64,000 nt of DNA from Candidatus Zhuqueibacterota bacterium. Its GTDB lineage: Bacteria > Zhuqueibacterota > Zhuqueibacteria > Residuimicrobiales > Krinioviventaceae. Shown piece by piece: positions 40,719-50,174 of this stretch. Below the pieces are notes generated by a model. That model had not been told where the DNA came from. It saw only the letters and a program-made list of their open reading frames with translations, and ran no database searches. Every line of letters begins with the position of its first letter. Position 1 is the first letter of the stretch. Made by a program: the position numbers and the translations under genes. The stretch lies in NCBI GenBank assembly GCA_016929295.1, contig JAFGJB010000008.1, positions 12,917-76,916 of the forward strand. The letters run 5' to 3'.

Positions 40719-41507
40719 GTGTCCATTACAGGAGAGAAATTTCAGCAGCTTGTTGATATAATGGCCAGGCTTCGCGGTGAAGAAGGGTGTCCGTGGGATA
40801 TTGAGCAGACACACACATCGCTCAGCCGGCATGCGCTGGAAGAAGTCTATGAGGTCATCGAGTCGATCGATGAGGGGAGATTTAATGACTTGCCGGGTGA
40901 ACTGGGAGATCTGCTGCTGCAGGTTGTATTTCACGCCCAAATTGCTGCAGACGATGACCGGTTTACGATCAATGATGTGTTGGATGAGATCAATGAGAAG
41001 CTCATCCGTCGTCATCCGCATGTGTTTGGTGATGATGTCATCGAGACGGCAGAGGAACAGACGCAGGCGTGGGAGCAATCCAAGTTGAATCACGAGGGAA
41101 AACATTCTGCCGTTGATGGCGTGCCGAAACAGCTGCCGGCGCTGCTGCGCGCCCACCGCCTGCAAGGCAAGGCTGCGGCCGTAGGTTTTGACTGGGATGT
41201 GATTGAGCCCGTTTGGGGAAAAATCCAAGAAGAGATGGCGGAGTTGCAGCACGCCTGGCAATCCGGGCATATCGCCCACACTCAAGAGGAGCTGGGCGAT
41301 GTTTTATTCGCCGTTGTCAATTTGTCACGTTTTTTGCAAGTTGAACCCGAGCAGGCATTGCGAAATGCCTGCGAGAAATTCACCCGTCGTTTCAAGAAGG
41401 TTGAGGAGGAGTTTAAAAATCGCGGTCAGAAAATGAGCCAGTTGCCGCTCGAAGAATTGGACAGGGTGTGGGATGATGTCAAGGCCCAGGAGAGGAAAAG
41501 CGGCTAG
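40719..41507 (+). CDS. mazG: Nucleoside triphosphate pyrophosphohydrolase MazG
   Basis: GCPWDIEQT, EEVYE, ELGDLL, RRHPHVF, second EELGD domain. AAGGAG RBS precedes GTG 40719. Confidence 0.95.
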   Translation: MSITGEKFQQLVDIMARLRGEEGCPWDIEQTHTSLSRHALEEVYEVIESIDEGRFNDLPGELGDLLLQVVFHAQIAADDDRFTINDVLDEINEKLIRRHPHVFGDDVIETAEEQTQAWEQSKLNHEGKHSAVDGVPKQLPALLRAHRLQGKAAAVGFDWDVIEPVWGKIQEEMAELQHAWQSGHIAHTQEELGDVLFAVVNLSRFLQVEPEQALRNACEKFTRRFKKVEEEFKNRGQKMSQLPLEELDRVWDDVKAQERKSG

Positions 41508-41988
41508 GCAATTTTTTGAAATGCTGCTCTAGCATGTCCCACGTCTCATACAAGGCTTGCGAGATCACTTTTGTATGTCCCGAGACCGGCATAAAATTCG
41601 TATCGCCATGCCAGCGCGGCACGATATGAAAGTGCAGGTGATCATCAATGCCGGCGCCGGCCACTTTTCCTAAATTCATGCCGATATTCAATCCATCCGC
41701 CCGCATGTATTTTTTGATGATCTCGCTGCTTGCGGTGAGGAGCGACATCATGTCGGTTTGCTCTGGCAAAGTTAACTGCTCGAGGTCGGAAATATGCCGA
41801 TAGGGGACGATCATCAAGTGCCCATTGTTGTAAGGATAAAAATTCATAATAACGAAACATGTTTGCCCGCGATGGAGAATGAGATTATCACGATCGCGTT
41901 GCTGTTTGGGTTTATCACAAAAAATGCAGCTCTCCGGCTTTGGTGACATGATATAGTCCATTCTCCAGGGCGCCCACATATTGTCCAT
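41479..41988 (-). CDS. HIT family protein (Ap4A phosphorylase/hydrolase-like)
   Basis: WAPWR, CIFC, YPYNNGH, AGAGIDDHLHFHIVPRW. Confidence 0.93.
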   Translation of the reverse strand: MDNMWAPWRMDYIMSPKPESCIFCDKPKQQRDRDNLILHRGQTCFVIMNFYPYNNGHLMIVPYRHISDLEQLTLPEQTDMMSLLTASSEIIKKYMRADGLNIGMNLGKVAGAGIDDHLHFHIVPRWHGDTNFMPVSGHTKVISQALYETWDMLEQHFKKLPSRFSSPGP

Positions 41989-42011
41989 ATACATCTCCTC
42001 GGTTGAGGGAT

Positions 42012-42041
42012 AAAAAAAGGGTACGAGGGATCCTCGTACCC
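42012..42041 (-). terminator. Intrinsic terminator after fusA2
   Basis: Perfect 10-bp stem gggtacgagg/cctcgtaccc with T7 on the minus strand. Confidence 0.8.
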
Positions 42042-42063
42042 ATAGTTGTCTGCCAGAATGTCT

Positions 42064-44139
42064 TCATTCTTGCGCTGTTTTGCTCTCGGCAATGATTTTT
42101 GCTTCGACGTCTTTTGGCGCCGGATCATAGTGCGAAAATGACCGTATGTAGGAGGCCCGTCCGCTCGTCATCGAGCGCAGTTTGGTGGCATAGTCATGCA
42201 GCTCTCCCAGTGGCACTTTGGCCTTGACGAGCTGGAATCGTCCATGAGCTTCAATGCCCGAGATTTTACCGCGTCGAGTGGACAGATCGCCCATGACATC
42301 GCCCATATTTTCCTCTGGGCATTTCACAGTGACTTCATAGATGGGTTCGAGCAAGATGGGTTTTGCTTTCTGCATCATGGCCTTGAAACATTGGCGACCG
42401 GCGATCTGGAAAGCAATGTCTTTGGAATCAACCGGGTGTTCTTTGCCATCATAGAGAATGGCTTTGACATCGACGATTTTATAGCCGGCAATGGCGCCTT
42501 CATCAAGGACTTGCTTGACGCCTTTTTCCACCGAGGGAATGTACACTTGCGAGACGGCGCCGCCGACGACTTCGCTGGCAAATTCAAAGCCGGAGCCGCG
42601 CGGCAGTGGCTCAAGTCGCATCCAGACTTCACCGAACTGGCCGGCGCCGCCCGATTGTTTCTTGTGACGATATTTTTCATCTGCTTTAGCGGTGATCGTT
42701 TCGCGATAGGGAATTTTCGGCTTTTTCGTCATAACGTCAACGCCAAAACGCTCTTTCAGGCGTTTCAGTACAATGTTGAGATGCAACTCGCCATAGCCGG
42801 AGACAACGGTCTGCTTGAGTTCAGGATCGACGAAAATGGTGAAACTTGGATCGATTTCGTGCAGCGTATGCAAACCGGCGCCGATTTTTTCTTCATCTCC
42901 TTTACTTTTGGGGATAACGGCGAGTTGAAAAACGGGTTCCGCAAACTGAATCTCGCGAAATTTAATCGGCGCCTTTTTCGACGCCAGGGTATTGCCCGTG
43001 TGAGTGTCTCTGAGCTTCACCAAGGCGCCAATATCGCCGGCGCGCAGGCCATTCATTTCGGTTCTGCTTTTTCCCAACATCGTGTAAATCTGCCCGATCT
43101 TTTCGTTATTTCCGCGAGAGACATTGAGCACTTCATCGCCCGATTTGATGGCGCCGGAATAAGCTCGAATGAGCGAGAGTTCGCCGACGTGCTGTTCGGA
43201 GATCGTCTTGAAAACGAGCCCGGAAAAATCGCCGCTCTCGGAACAGACCACTTTAATGTCATTGCCCGAGGCATCTTGAGTGCTGTAGGGCGAGAGTGCA
43301 AGGGGCGAGGGCCCGTAGTCATTAATAAAGTCAAGCAAGGTTGTCACGCCAACATTTCGTGACGCCGCACCGCAAAGCACCGGCAATATTTCCTTTTTTA
43401 GAATGCCGGCGCGCAATCCGGTCAGCAGATCTTCTTGACTCAATTCCATTGTCTCAAGATATTTTTCCATGATCACGTCGTCGCACTCGGCGACTTTTTC
43501 TATCAATAGCATGCGCAGCTCGTTCGCACGATCAGTCAAATCGCCGGGAATCTCCTCCTCTTTGAAGGATCCTTTGGCATCGGTAAATGTGATTTTTTTC
43601 ATGCGCAGGAGGTCAATCACAGCATTAAAGCCTTCACCCTGATTCAGTGGAAACTGAAAGACGGTGGCATTATGGCCGTACGATTCCCTGATCGATGCGA
43701 GCGCCTCATCAAATTTTGCATGTTCACGATCGAGCAAATTGACAAAAAACAGGCGAGGTGTTTTGAATTCATCAAGCACTTCAGTGACCATATCGGTGCC
43801 AACTTCAACGCCGGCAATGCCATTCACCAGAACGACCGCTAAATCGGCAACGCGGAGTCCACATCGAACTTCACCAAAAAAGTCAGCATATCCCGGAAGA
43901 TCTATGAGATTGATTTTGCTACTCTTCCATTCAAATTGCATCAACGTGGCGCCGATGGATATTTTACGTTCTATCTCGTCAGGGCTATAATCGGATATCG
44001 TCGTACCATCGTCGATGGCGCCAAAACGATTTGTCACTCCTGCCGCATGAAGCATTGCTTCTGCGAGGGTCGTCTTGCCAACAGATTGATGCGATACCAG
44101 ACTGATATTTCTGATATCTCGAGGCGCATATTCTTTCAC
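42064..44139 (-). CDS. fusA: Elongation factor G paralog (EF-G2 type)
   Basis: GKTTL, DLPGYADF, GELHL, PYRET, KKQSGGAGQFG, LLEP; outside the str operon. Confidence 0.93.
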   Translation of the reverse strand: MKEYAPRDIRNISLVSHQSVGKTTLAEAMLHAAGVTNRFGAIDDGTTISDYSPDEIERKISIGATLMQFEWKSSKINLIDLPGYADFFGEVRCGLRVADLAVVLVNGIAGVEVGTDMVTEVLDEFKTPRLFFVNLLDREHAKFDEALASIRESYGHNATVFQFPLNQGEGFNAVIDLLRMKKITFTDAKGSFKEEEIPGDLTDRANELRMLLIEKVAECDDVIMEKYLETMELSQEDLLTGLRAGILKKEILPVLCGAASRNVGVTTLLDFINDYGPSPLALSPYSTQDASGNDIKVVCSESGDFSGLVFKTISEQHVGELSLIRAYSGAIKSGDEVLNVSRGNNEKIGQIYTMLGKSRTEMNGLRAGDIGALVKLRDTHTGNTLASKKAPIKFREIQFAEPVFQLAVIPKSKGDEEKIGAGLHTLHEIDPSFTIFVDPELKQTVVSGYGELHLNIVLKRLKERFGVDVMTKKPKIPYRETITAKADEKYRHKKQSGGAGQFGEVWMRLEPLPRGSGFEFASEVVGGAVSQVYIPSVEKGVKQVLDEGAIAGYKIVDVKAILYDGKEHPVDSKDIAFQIAGRQCFKAMMQKAKPILLEPIYEVTVKCPEENMGDVMGDLSTRRGKISGIEAHGRFQLVKAKVPLGELHDYATKLRSMTSGRASYIRSFSHYDPAPKDVEAKIIAESKTAQE

Positions 44140-44200
44140 TGTTCTCCTCCTGTGCCGACAAGCGGCTTGGCTTTGTCAGTACAATTTAATCATGTTTTGT

Positions 44201-45760
44201 CTATTTGACAGGTTCATGCGATGATTTTGCCGTCTTTTGGCGTAAAAAGCGCTTGAGGACACGGCCAGTGGGGCTTTTCGGCAAAGCAGCAACTGTTTCG
44301 ACAAACCTGGGACATTTATATACTGGCAGAAAATTTTGACAATAGGTGAAGAGTTCGTCATTTGCTAAACTGGCGCCTTTGGCGAGAACGACAAAAGCTT
44401 TCACTTCAGCGCCGTGTACGGGATCCGGCATTCCAACGACCGCCACCTCATCAACAGCCGGGTGGTCGAGGATGATGTTTTCCACCTCACGCGAATGAAT
44501 CGCAAAACCGCCCTTTGTGATGATATCATCTTTGCGCTCTTGAATGAAGAGGTAATGATCTAGATCCAGATAGCCGATGTCACCCGTTGCCAACCACCCG
44601 TCTTTGAGACGCCGCTCTGTCTCTTTGGGTTGATCCCAATATCCTTTCATGAGACTCGGGCTCTTTACAAAAATCTCGCCACTCTGATTTGGAAAGAGGA
44701 TGCGACCGGCACTGTCACGCACCTGCAATTCCACACCCATGAGCGGCAATCCTGTGGACTCGGATTTTCTGTCGCGACTGATGCGGGTGGCGCTCACCAA
44801 AGGGCCGGCCTCGGTCAGGCCATACGCTTTCAATATTGTCACATTGAATTTATTTTCAAACTCGTATAAAACATCATCGGCAAGGTGACCTCCATAGCAC
44901 ATGCAGTACTTTAAAGAGGGCATGGCGAGGTTGTTCCCGTGAACATTCAAGAGCGCCCGAAACATGCCGGGAACTGCGGGCATGAATGTGACGCCGTTTT
45001 TTTGAATTGTCTCGATGACTTCAGCTGGCTTGAAGCGCGGTAAAATGACAAGTGTGGCGCCTGCTGCCAGCGATGCATGCATCACCACTGTCTGCCCTAA
45101 CGGATGAAAGAGCGGAAGAACGGCAATCACTTTATCTTGTGGGCCGATTTTCAACATTTCTATGCACGTATTCGCATTGAAGAGGATGGCTTCGTGGGTG
45201 AGTTCAGCGCCCATCGCCTCATCAGCGATGCCGGAGGTGTAGTTGATGACGGCAACATCCGATTCTGAAATTGAAAGCTCAGACGCTAGTGGCATGGAGT
45301 GCGTGATAATGTGCGTGAGCGATTTGCTCTCTTTGAAGGCGCGGTCACCCAGGACAAGTAGTTCAACGCATGTCGATGCCGTCTGATAAGCGGAGAGAAC
45401 CTGGGGGAGAAAGGCTTGCCACACGATCAGGATTTTTGCGCCCGAATCTTTCAATTGATGCTCCAGCTCTTTTGCATTGTGCATGAAATTGAGCGGAACA
45501 GCGATGCCGTTGGCAGCCAGGATGGCGTAATAGCTTATGCAGAAATGGGGTACATTGGGAAGCAAAATGGCCACCCGATCTCCTTTCTCAATTCCCAACT
45601 CGACGAGCCCGCCGGCGAGTTTCTTCACGGCATTGATGAAAGAATGATAGGTGATTTCAGTATCTTCAATGACCAGAGCGCGCTGCGAAGGAGCCGACTG
45701 CGCTGAATGATATAATTGTGAGACGAGTGTTGGCACTCTTGATCCGGTTCTAGATTTCAA
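44201..45760 (-). CDS. Long-chain acyl-CoA synthetase (FadD-like) homolog with degenerate ATP-binding motifs
   Basis: YTSG, LPLFH, YGLTE, GEI, TGDIG; P-loop and A10 Lys altered. Confidence 0.85.
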   Translation of the reverse strand: MKSRTGSRVPTLVSQLYHSAQSAPSQRALVIEDTEITYHSFINAVKKLAGGLVELGIEKGDRVAILLPNVPHFCISYYAILAANGIAVPLNFMHNAKELEHQLKDSGAKILIVWQAFLPQVLSAYQTASTCVELLVLGDRAFKESKSLTHIITHSMPLASELSISESDVAVINYTSGIADEAMGAELTHEAILFNANTCIEMLKIGPQDKVIAVLPLFHPLGQTVVMHASLAAGATLVILPRFKPAEVIETIQKNGVTFMPAVPGMFRALLNVHGNNLAMPSLKYCMCYGGHLADDVLYEFENKFNVTILKAYGLTEAGPLVSATRISRDRKSESTGLPLMGVELQVRDSAGRILFPNQSGEIFVKSPSLMKGYWDQPKETERRLKDGWLATGDIGYLDLDHYLFIQERKDDIITKGGFAIHSREVENIILDHPAVDEVAVVGMPDPVHGAEVKAFVVLAKGASLANDELFTYCQNFLPVYKCPRFVETVAALPKSPTGRVLKRFLRQKTAKSSHEPVK

Positions 45761-45784
45761 TTCAGGTGAAATTTACAGACTGCA

Positions 45785-45813
45785 AAGATACTTTTAATGA
45801 GACAAAATGTCAA
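45785..45813 (-). promoter_or_regulatory. Sigma70 promoter of the fadD-like/fusA2 unit
   Basis: Minus strand TTGACA (45813-08), 17 bp, TATCTT (45790-85). Confidence 0.7.
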
Positions 45814-46088
45814 GAATTATTTGTGCTGTTCACTCCACCAGAGTGAAGGGATGAATGAGCCATAATCCTGGCAAAGCGATCGAACTTCACTTTTGAAATT
45901 CATTTTGTCCCAGCCTGGGACAATCCTCTCCAGTGCTCGCTATTTCTTTTTTATTTTGGCCATTTGACGGAAAATGCTGAACTAATTCCTTGTATTTCAA
46001 AGGTTAAAATGCTTAAATTTATAGCGCACTCATTCATATGGCAGGGTGCGTTTTGTCTGAGTAACAGTCGGCATTTATATTTATTGGC

Positions 46089-47693
46089 GTGATATTTGAT
46101 GCGGAGCTGCATGATGCACACTTACATTCAACCGCCGAAAACAGAGCAGTGAAAAGAATTCATAAAATGATTTGTGCCGCCGTCCTGATCTTTTTGGGAC
46201 TAGTTGTCGTGTGGCAGCCGGAAAGAGTCTGGTCAAACGCGCAGCAGCTGTATAATAAATGGATGATTCTGACCATGATTCTCGAAAAGATAGAGCGGTT
46301 TTACGTTGATGAAAAGCATCCGGATGAGCTGCTCAAGGACGCAATTGACGGGATGCTGTTCGGGCTGGATCCTCATTCTGTTTATCTGACGGCCGGGCAG
46401 TACAAAGACTATTCGAAAAAATATGATGGCTATTACGGATTTGGACTGAAATATTGCAGAATCGACAGCGTTCTGGTGGTCACATCACTTGTCGAAAATG
46501 GCCCGGCTGACCTTGCGGGCATCCGCATTGGCGACCGCATCCTTAAAATTGCCGGCATGCGTATTTCCGACATCGCCGGAGGCTCGGTTGAGAATTATTT
46601 ATCCGCGCGCTCGGAAAAGCTTATCTCCATGGCCATTCAACGTCCGCCACAAGGAGAACGGATTTCTCTCGAGCTGGCAAAACGGCAGATCGTCGATAAA
46701 AGCATTCCCGTCAGCTTTATGATCCGGGATGCTGTTGGCTATATAAAACTGTCCTATTTCACCGACGCTACGCCGCAGGAGCTGGATGCTGCGCTGACAA
46801 AGTTGACAGGCGCCGGCATGACTCGGCTGATAGTGGACTTGCGCGATAATGGCGGCGGCGCCTTTGATTCCGGGATTGCTGTCGCGGATCGTTTCATTCC
46901 TCGCGGCAGGTTGATTGTCTACACCAAAGGACGCGCTCCCCATTCTTCAGAACAATTTGTTTCAACTTTGCCGGAAAAGACAATGCCACTTGTCGTGCTG
47001 GTCAATGAATCGACGGCGAGTGATGCCGAGATCGTGTCGGGAGCGCTGCAGGATTGGGATAGAGGTCTCATCGTCGGACGCCGTACCTATGGCAAAGCGC
47101 TCGTCCAGACAGAATATACTTTTCAGGATGAGTCGGTGCTCATGCTCACAACTGCTCGCTATTATACCCCACTCGGGCGTCTCATTCAAAAAGAGTACCA
47201 GGAGAACAATGCCGGCAAAGTCAACCATAAAAGCGTCGAGCCACAAAAATACAAGACGCCCAAAGGTCGCATCGTTTATGGCGGTGGCGGAATTCAGCCG
47301 GATGTGGTGCTGAAAAAAGCCGATAAAATTGTTCCAAAAGGATTGCAGCCCTTGTACTCTAACGACGTAAATATCTTTTTTAATTTTGCTGATAAATACG
47401 TAATATCACATGCCGATATAATGTTTACGCATGATGTCGAGTTGTTTGTACGTGAATTCAGAGTCAGTGAAAATATGTGGCAACAATTCAAACAATACGT
47501 TCATCAAACTCCGGTCAGCTTGGCAGAATCGATCATGGAGGCGAACTCGATATTTCTCAAAGATGAACTCAAAGTTGAAATCGCCGGGCGGCTCTGGGGT
47601 GATAGAGGCAGGTTTATGGCAGTCAGTGAGAATGATTCCGAAGTTCAAGCGTGTTTAAAATATTTTGAACAGGCGAGTGCGCTCATTAAGTAA
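46089..47693 (+). CDS. S41 family C-terminal processing protease (CtpA-like) with PDZ; true start probably about 46149-46167
   Basis: LDPHSVY, DLRDNGGG, TASDAEIVSGALQD, TYGK, RYYTPLGR, GGGIQPD. Confidence 0.9.
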   Translation: MIFDAELHDAHLHSTAENRAVKRIHKMICAAVLIFLGLVVVWQPERVWSNAQQLYNKWMILTMILEKIERFYVDEKHPDELLKDAIDGMLFGLDPHSVYLTAGQYKDYSKKYDGYYGFGLKYCRIDSVLVVTSLVENGPADLAGIRIGDRILKIAGMRISDIAGGSVENYLSARSEKLISMAIQRPPQGERISLELAKRQIVDKSIPVSFMIRDAVGYIKLSYFTDATPQELDAALTKLTGAGMTRLIVDLRDNGGGAFDSGIAVADRFIPRGRLIVYTKGRAPHSSEQFVSTLPEKTMPLVVLVNESTASDAEIVSGALQDWDRGLIVGRRTYGKALVQTEYTFQDESVLMLTTARYYTPLGRLIQKEYQENNAGKVNHKSVEPQKYKTPKGRIVYGGGGIQPDVVLKKADKIVPKGLQPLYSNDVNIFFNFADKYVISHADIMFTHDVELFVREFRVSENMWQQFKQYVHQTPVSLAESIMEANSIFLKDELKVEIAGRLWGDRGRFMAVSENDSEVQACLKYFEQASALIK

Positions 47694-47701
47694 TTTATCA
47701 G

Positions 47702-48664
47702 ATGAAATACGAAAATTCAAACCATCATCCAAAAATACTGGTCGTTGATGATATTCCTGTCAATATTCAACTCTTGCAGGCTTTCCTGGCAACGGAAAAG
47801 TACAAAACTTATATTGCACGAAATGGCGTCGAGGCGCTCAAACAGGCGGAAGCTGTCGAGCCAGACCTCATATTGCTGGATGTCATGATGCCAAAAATGA
47901 ATGGTTTCGAGACGTGCAAGTTGCTGAAAAAATCTGAAAAAGCCCGCTATACGCCTATCATTATGGTGACGGCGCTGAACGAGATCGAGAGCAAAATTCA
48001 GGGCATCGAGGCCGGGGCAGATGATTTTATCAGCAAACCATTCAACAAGCTGGAATTGTTGGCGCGCGTCAAGTCACTGCTTCGAGTGAAAACCCTGCAT
48101 GATCAGCTTCAGGATAAAATCGTTCAACTGGAGAGAGCAAAGGAGCGTTTGCGAGAATTGGCGGTGACGGATGGCCTGACCGGTTTAAAAAATTATCGTC
48201 ATTTCAAAGATGTGTTCAGTTTGGAAATAAAACGCGCCGAGCGCCACAAGAGTCCGCTTTCCTTGATAATGTTCGACATCGATTATTTTAAAAATTACAA
48301 TGATACTCACGGACATCTTGCCGGAGATCGCGTTTTGCAGGATATAGCTATCCTGGTGTTGAAAAATATTCGCAAAATTGACCTGGCCGCTCGTTACGGC
48401 GGTGAAGAATTTGCCCTCATTTTGCCAAATACCGATATAAAAAATTCGCGAATAGTCGCCGAAAAGATACGCAAGCTCGTGGAGGATTATCATTTCCCGT
48501 TTCAGGAATCACAGCCGGATGGCAGCATTACGATCAGTGTTGGTGTCTCGTCATATCCGTCCTGCGGGAAATCTTTTGAAGAGCTTGTCGCCTGCGCTGA
48601 TAAGCGATTGTATCTGGCAAAAGCGCGAGGAAAAAATATTGTCGTCGATGCAGGGGAGTGCTGA
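47702..48664 (+). CDS. Response-regulator diguanylate cyclase (REC-GGDEF)
   Basis: VVDD, LLDVMMP, KPF; DGLTGL, DIDYFK, RKID I-site, GGEEF. Confidence 0.95.
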   Translation: MKYENSNHHPKILVVDDIPVNIQLLQAFLATEKYKTYIARNGVEALKQAEAVEPDLILLDVMMPKMNGFETCKLLKKSEKARYTPIIMVTALNEIESKIQGIEAGADDFISKPFNKLELLARVKSLLRVKTLHDQLQDKIVQLERAKERLRELAVTDGLTGLKNYRHFKDVFSLEIKRAERHKSPLSLIMFDIDYFKNYNDTHGHLAGDRVLQDIAILVLKNIRKIDLAARYGGEEFALILPNTDIKNSRIVAEKIRKLVEDYHFPFQESQPDGSITISVGVSSYPSCGKSFEELVACADKRLYLAKARGKNIVVDAGEC

Positions 48665-50166
48665 ATATGACAGATTGGGTAAAGCAACAGTTGAATAGCA
48701 AGATATTTCGGCGTCTGTTTTTTGCCATCCTGGCAGCGGCAGAGGTGCCGATGATCCTGGTTATTCTCCTCAATCCGCATAGCTGGTTCTCCGATAGCCG
48801 CAGCTTTGTCGCAAATGCTGTCAATGTTTTGCTTTTTCTGTTGCTGGCCGCAGTTGTATCAGGTGTAATCGCTTTTTTTCTCTCTCGCTATCTCACAATG
48901 CCGATCTCTGAATTTGAAAAGAGTGCGACAAAAATTGCCCGCGGTGATTTTTCTCACGAGATCACTGTTCAAAGCGATAACGAGATCGGAAGATTGGCAA
49001 AGCTTTTTAATTACATGACGCTCGAACTCCGCCGCCTTGATCGGATGAATCTGGCGAAAATAATTGAAGAAAAACGTAAACTTGAGACGATAATTAAAAA
49101 TATTGCCGATGGCGTCATCGTCACGGATCCGCGATTGAATGTCTCGGTTTTGAATGACTCCATCCGCAAATGGTATAATCTGCAGGATGAGGTCATCGAT
49201 TCAAAACCGTTGACCGATTATATTGAAGAACCGAAACTCGTTCAGTTGATCGAGGATGCTTCAAACCGAAAGCGTAAAATACTGCCCGGCGTCGAGATGG
49301 CGGTCAAGCCGGAAGGGGAATGGAAGACCCGCATCCTGCAGGGGCGAGCGGCGCGCGTGCTGCAAGATGACGGCGTTCTCATCGGTGTTGTGACAATTTT
49401 ACGTGACGTGACCCAGCAAAAAGAAATAGATCGCATGAAGACCGAGCTCGTCTCCATGGTGGCGCATGAGCTGCGCTCCCCGCTCACCAGTATTTCCGGT
49501 TTTAGTGAGCTGCTGCTGGATGATGATATCACACGTGAACAGTCGGAAGAATATGCTCGTATCATCCTGACCGAAGCATCGCGCTTGAGTGACCTGATCA
49601 ACAAGTTTCTCGATATTTCACGGATTGAATCAGGTCGCATTCAACCAAAAAAAGCAGAAATCGATCTGAACGAAACTGTGCAAATGGTCGTTGGCAACAA
49701 CTCTTACCTTGCCGGAAAGAAGAATATTGAAGTTGAGGTCCATGAGTCGCCGGATATGGCGCTTGTTTATGCGGACAGCGGCATGATGGAACAGGTTTTT
49801 TTGAATCTGTTCTCGAATGCGATCAAGTACAGTCATGAAAACACGCGCATTGACATTGTTGTCAAAAATACGGAACGAAATGTCATTGTCGAGGTGCATG
49901 ATCAGGGCTTTGGCATTCCGCGGGAAGCGCTGCCCAAAATATTTGACAAGTTTTATCGCGTGACAGATGACCAAAAAGTTCGCGAAGTCACCGGGTCGGG
50001 ACTAGGGCTGTCCCTCGTCAAGCAGATCGTTGATATGCACAATGGCCATATGGAAGTGGACAGCGAGATTGGTAAGGGCTCTGTTTTCACCGTGTTGTTG
50101 CCAAAGATGAACGGCAAGCGGATTGAAAATATTGTCGTCGAAGATTCCGAAGATATCATCCACTAG
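48658..50166 (+). CDS. Sensor histidine kinase (2TM-HAMP-PAS-HisKA-HATPase)
   Basis: AHELRSPL, NLFSNAIKY, DQGFGI, FDKFYR, GSGLGL. Confidence 0.95.
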   Translation: MLNMTDWVKQQLNSKIFRRLFFAILAAAEVPMILVILLNPHSWFSDSRSFVANAVNVLLFLLLAAVVSGVIAFFLSRYLTMPISEFEKSATKIARGDFSHEITVQSDNEIGRLAKLFNYMTLELRRLDRMNLAKIIEEKRKLETIIKNIADGVIVTDPRLNVSVLNDSIRKWYNLQDEVIDSKPLTDYIEEPKLVQLIEDASNRKRKILPGVEMAVKPEGEWKTRILQGRAARVLQDDGVLIGVVTILRDVTQQKEIDRMKTELVSMVAHELRSPLTSISGFSELLLDDDITREQSEEYARIILTEASRLSDLINKFLDISRIESGRIQPKKAEIDLNETVQMVVGNNSYLAGKKNIEVEVHESPDMALVYADSGMMEQVFLNLFSNAIKYSHENTRIDIVVKNTERNVIVEVHDQGFGIPREALPKIFDKFYRVTDDQKVREVTGSGLGLSLVKQIVDMHNGHMEVDSEIGKGSVFTVLLPKMNGKRIENIVVEDSEDIIH

Positions 50167-50174
50167 GGCGTTTT

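Noticed and set aside
42196..43362. Long antisense ORFs (also 9428-10537, 16903-17922, 22081-23097)
   Set aside because: They lie opposite well-conserved genes, are expected from codon bias, and show no protein motifs.
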